A stretch of 64,000 bases of DNA from Trichodelitschia bisporula (taxonomy: Eukaryota), in contig ML996696.1 in assembly GCA_010356995.1 (NCBI GenBank), forward strand, positions 436,364 through 500,363. Direction: 5' to 3'. The translations under genes were made by a program, and so were the position numbers. Positions within the stretch are counted from its first letter, which is position 1. Every line of letters begins with the position of its first letter. The notes beneath the pieces were generated by a model. The model saw only the letters and a program-made list of their open reading frames with translations, did no database searches and was not told the origin of the DNA. This document shows, in pieces, positions 59,501-64,000 of this stretch.

Positions 59501-62500
59501 TTACGTGGGCTTGACCTAGGGGAGGGGGATACTGAGAGCATCCATTCCAGGCTGGCCAGCTCCAGGACTCCAAGTCGTGATGGTTTCTACCGTACAGATG
59601 GATGCGATCCAAGATCATCAGAAACGGAAGAAACCTTGATTGTACATCCCCTGAGCATCGTATGTCCGGAACGGCAGAGATATGGGGTGCCATAAGGAGT
59701 TCGCGCCCCTCCTGCGTTCTGTTAACCTGACTCCACTGTGGACACCCCCAGGAGTCTTCGTGCGGTCCATCGTGTACTGAAGATGTCAGCGTGTACAAAG
59801 TATTTCTTGCTGCAGGGTGCGGCCCTTGAGCAGACATCAACGCGAGTGGGCTACTGTTAGGGGACGCAAGGGCTTAATTTGGGCGAAGCTTTGGCGGCTG
59901 ACGGTGGGGTATCAGAACGCCACACCCGCGGCTGCGGCTAGTTAAGATCGTGGTTTTAAGGCGCCAAAAGGGATGGGCGCTGTTGGACTTGGCTAAACCT
60001 AAGTGGGCTTAGGCATGGGAGCTTGTCTCTAACACCCGACGTCTACCTTAGGCACACAGAGCCAGGCACACAGAGTCAGGTAGCACATCACAGTACCTTC
60101 ACTCTTACTTGACACGTTGATCTCGATCGAAGCATGCTCTGATTACATGAACAATGCATTGCAAACTGCGAATCAACTGGACGCCTTTCGACGGTCCTAT
60201 CGGCCGTGGTCCCTTCTACCGAACGGTACGGATGTACTATTGATGGTAATAGCAAGCATGTGGACTTTGGGCGGCATGAAGATTCGGCTTGAAGGCGGTG
60301 ACGGCGGAGAACTGGTCTTCAATACGGCGACGAAATTTGCGCCAAAGATCTCTCACTACGAATTAGAACTAGCATCTGGCCTCTAACATCCGGGAGGCAT
60401 GTCAACGTCGATGGTGCTTCCTGAGAGGCTCAATCGGATGCCTTCCTTTTCGGAAGAGGCACCGTGCACGGCTTTTGGATCTGTCCCGAGATGGGGCCTT
60501 CGGATGAGCTGCTCGGGACGACTATTCATCCGACGCGCGTTGACAATGCGGCTCGGATGTTGAAGCTTCTTTTCCCCCTCAACTACCCGTACCCGGAACA
60601 ACGTCGTTCTGGATGACTTGAGCCGATGCATCTTAGCCATCCAAGCATTTGGTGGGCAATGTGGCACACCATACTCGGTACGGAGTCCATAATATGCCTG
60701 GCTGCGACACTGTATATCCCGCCTCCTTGGATTGAGACACCTTTAGTTGCATTCCAGAAACGCCTTTGCCGCTTAATTGCCCTCCTGGGACATGACGTCG
60801 ACGCTAGAGCAGGCCGTTCAGTATCAAGATCTAACGTCTGAAACCTTGAGCTCGAGCGCTCGAATGTCGCCTGCAGAAGCGGATGCGCGGCTTCAATCTA
60901 CCGGACGGACTGTCTAAGACATGGAATGCTGGCCGGTGAATCCTTCAAGCCATTGCCTCCTGCCTTTTCCAAGATGCACCAGATACTTGGCATCAGACCA
61001 TACTACTAATCACCAAGAACCTCATACTGTATGCCTGTTCTTGCCGAATGCTGGTACTGCTATCTTCAACTTATCAGACTACGGCAACTGGGTGAGGGCA
61101 AACGTGATGCGGTGCTATGTACTGCAATGCGATGCACTGTACTGTACTGCATGGCGCTATGCAACCTGCTTCAAATAGGCGAGTACGATCTGCTGTTGCA
61201 GGATCCCTCTGAAACATTTTTTTTGGTTGAGTCGCTGATAGGCGCAGCTAAGAGTGAAGTTTGGGCAATGATCCACTCCTCCTCTGGAACATTTTCGCCG
61301 TTGTGGCCCGCCATGGGCGCTCGATGCGGCAACTCAGCCAGCCTCTGGACCTCGTTTTGAGCTTGCCAATGCCGTGCTCATCGACACATCATCTCTTGCC
61401 AAGTCTGAATTCTTGGACTCGACGACAACACAGGCGTTTTGACCCACATCAGTGGCGTTTGTGCTGAGACAAACTGTCCGAGGCTGCTGGTTGGAAGAAC
61501 CTCCGAGGAGCTTCGATTCGCTGGGTCACTTGGGATGCTTTCCCTTCAGCCACCATTGGTTAATGACTTTGCGATAGCACCACCGCCACACGATCGGTTA
61601 AGCTGAGGACCTTCAAAACGGTAGCCATAAGATTGAGCTACCGTGGTATGTGGCTTGCTGAGCCAGCCCGCCCGCGTGGATTTGAGATCTGAAGCTCATA
61701 CGGTAGCTTGCCGTGTGCATTTCTCACCGGAAATTTTCGCACGCACTGCGGTAACCTGGGGGCTTTCGTGTCGGGATGTTGCGATCATCCAGGAAATACC
61801 TCGTACCTGCCGCCACGCCAGCCACGAAAGGTCTTGCGGTCTGCATTGCGAGAGAAGCTCGTACCGTTGGCCTCGAGTGTCATGGAGCAACCTGGCTGCT
61901 TGCGCATACTTCGTCAGGCAGGGCTTCGGAATCAACCCCACCCGGCAGGATTGACGACACCAGCAATAAGCTCGCCGGAGCTACGTATCTTGCTACGCGC
62001 AGTGGAGCATGTCGGTCATCGTTTCTGCGCGAGTTTCTGCGCCTAGATTCTGCAGATGCCAGGGAAGCTTCAATGAGATGACGAGCTAGCCGACAATGCT
62101 GCTCTGCAGTCCCCAGCACTCGAGATAGCCAGCCAACAACGCCCTTTCCGTGCTTCGCTGGTGACTGATTCACTTCGGCATGTCTCCTCGCGTTGCGCCA
62201 GAGACGCTCTGTCACGTACGCTAAAGGCTTAAGTCCGATTCTTTCGACTAGGGGGCGAAGGGCGGCAACAATCTCATGAGTTGGCATCCAGCATCTGTGG
62301 ACTTCCTGTGGGTGAGCGGATCACCTCGCTGATTGTTTCGACGAAACTGCCGAACCGAGAAAGCGATCCCCATCCAGCATGGGCGGTGGGGAAGCGTTGC
62401 CCCGCAAAGTTGAGTCTGGTACAACCCATCGTCGGCTCAACGTGCTCTTTACTGGATGTCCGATTTGTGAACCTTGACCGCTCCATGTTCTACTTTCTGG

Positions 62501-64000
62501 CCTATGGTGAAGTGGCAGCTGTCCTGAATCTGATATTTGCTTCGAAGTTCGGGCCGACCCAGTTCCAAATCTACAAGGAAGCACCGGGGCTGAATGAACC
62601 CCCAATGACAACCTGGATCGCATATCAATCGCGAGGTGCTTCCTGTAGACTCCTCTTAGCAATTACGACCTAGGCAATCCAGGGTGAGCTGTTCTGCAAT
62701 TCGGGTATCAAGCTTAGCTGAATGGGTAACCCCGATGCTGGTGCTGTTTTGTCCAGACCTTCGTGCGGGTCTATAGGGTACTCAAGGCAACGCGGTATGG
62801 TTGAACAGCTGTACCAGTTCAGATCAGCAATGATCGCGCAGAGTCAATGTGCTGTTGCTTCAACTTCTAAGTATTGGATCCGGCCTCCGCCATCAGCCCC
62901 CTCTCGTATCACGCGATTTCGTTGAACTCTCAGGCTTTTACCGTAGTTCCTTCGCGATCTAACAAGCAAGTGCGACTCTGGTACCACTTCCGGGTATCGT
63001 ACCGTACTCGATCGGATCTCGGAACTCTCCGTATCTGGCCCCAATGTGCGGAACAGCCTATGTTCCACAAGATCTCAAGCCTCGGGTCCAGCCCAGATAT
63101 AATGTGCAGCAGAAATGTCTAAAGGAACAGACCATTACATCGAAACCCCGGAGAACAGGCCGTCACGAGCGACCTTGCTGGGTGCATTAATTGAACACGA
63201 ACTGTTGTGCTACCACAATATGTGATTATGTGCTGAAAACATGCGCAGTCTCAACCATGAAGCACCTTTGCACCGGACAATGACATATCATTCGCCTGCT
63301 AGAGCCTGAAGATGAACATACTCTTGGTCCATCTCCTTCGGCATTTATTTGGCCACCATGTTAGTTCGAACGCCTCACGAAAGCCTTACAGTTGCCGTTC
63401 TTCTCGATAACTTGCCCAAGTCATCCATCCGCTCTACGGTTGCTGCGATCCAGATGACACAGCATCCGGTCTCGGCCGCAAAGCACCATCATGTCTTATC
63501 CTACGGTTCGTAGGCTGTTTGCTGCGCACGCATACACTGTGGTTAATAACCCATTGTGCTCTTGTGCAAAGTTGTTTGCTCTTATCATCGTCCAGTGCTT
63601 GATGCTTCATCCCATCACGCGCACTTTCGGATCTTGGTATGTTGTACACCGTACAGTCTGTCCTTGCTCAAGGCTGGAGCTGTACTTGCGAGGTGTGGAG
63701 TCCGTAGACTCGAACACTGGCGCGACAATGAGACCGGCTCCGGAGTTGATGTCGAGCCCTCACCATGACAGCTTTCAAGGCCGTATGCGGGTGGCATGAG
63801 GGGCCATGCTTGTTTAGCAACTTGGTATTTCCTGGAGACGAGGGATATGTTTAGATGGAAAAGAATCCTTGGGCCTGAAGATGTCGTACCCTGCGGGTCG
63901 GGAGATCCTGTTCTCTAGCGTCGGAAGGCTTTGCCGACTGGTTGAGGGGTCCGTGAAGACACCGCTAAAACAGAATATGGCGCGGTTGGAGGAAAAGAAT

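Noticed and set aside
54000..64000. Transposon or RIP relics in the desert
   Set aside because: No transposase, RT or integrase motifs, terminal repeats or AT-rich TpA-skewed blocks visible; very old relics cannot be excluded without a search.

Overview
Eukaryotic nuclear DNA from a filamentous ascomycete, most likely a Dothideomycete (inferred from short GT-AG introns with CTRAY branch points and a melanin-type PKS next to a prefoldin-3 gene). I could build 14 gene models by hand. In order: VPS41 (3'-truncated by the window edge), an MRX10/RMND1-family gene, NUP159, PUP1, SDS23/24, PHO84, mitochondrial IF2, an F-box-like/DUF7730-type gene, a 3-finger C2H2 factor, APC2, a large F-box gene, a BC-box-like/LRR gene, prefoldin subunit 3, and a SAT-KS-MAT-PT-ACP-ACP-TE PKS of the DHN-melanin type. 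The last ~13 kb, upstream of the PKS, has no recognisable gene. I see no rRNA, tRNA, CRISPR array or intact transposon. Best leads: (1) a ~1.7 kb ORF-less, hairpin-dense segment between two convergent genes that looks like a minus-strand structured ncRNA; (2) a perfect CCHC zinc knuckle in the N-terminal extension of mitochondrial IF2; (3) the PKS-upstream desert with plus-strand promoter-like tracts; (4) three adjacent E3-ligase-type genes; (5) several splicing oddities (GC-AG introns, a stop-inserting NAGNAG, long hairpin-bearing prefoldin introns). All gene models and folds were derived by eye; none is confirmed by a search or by expression data.
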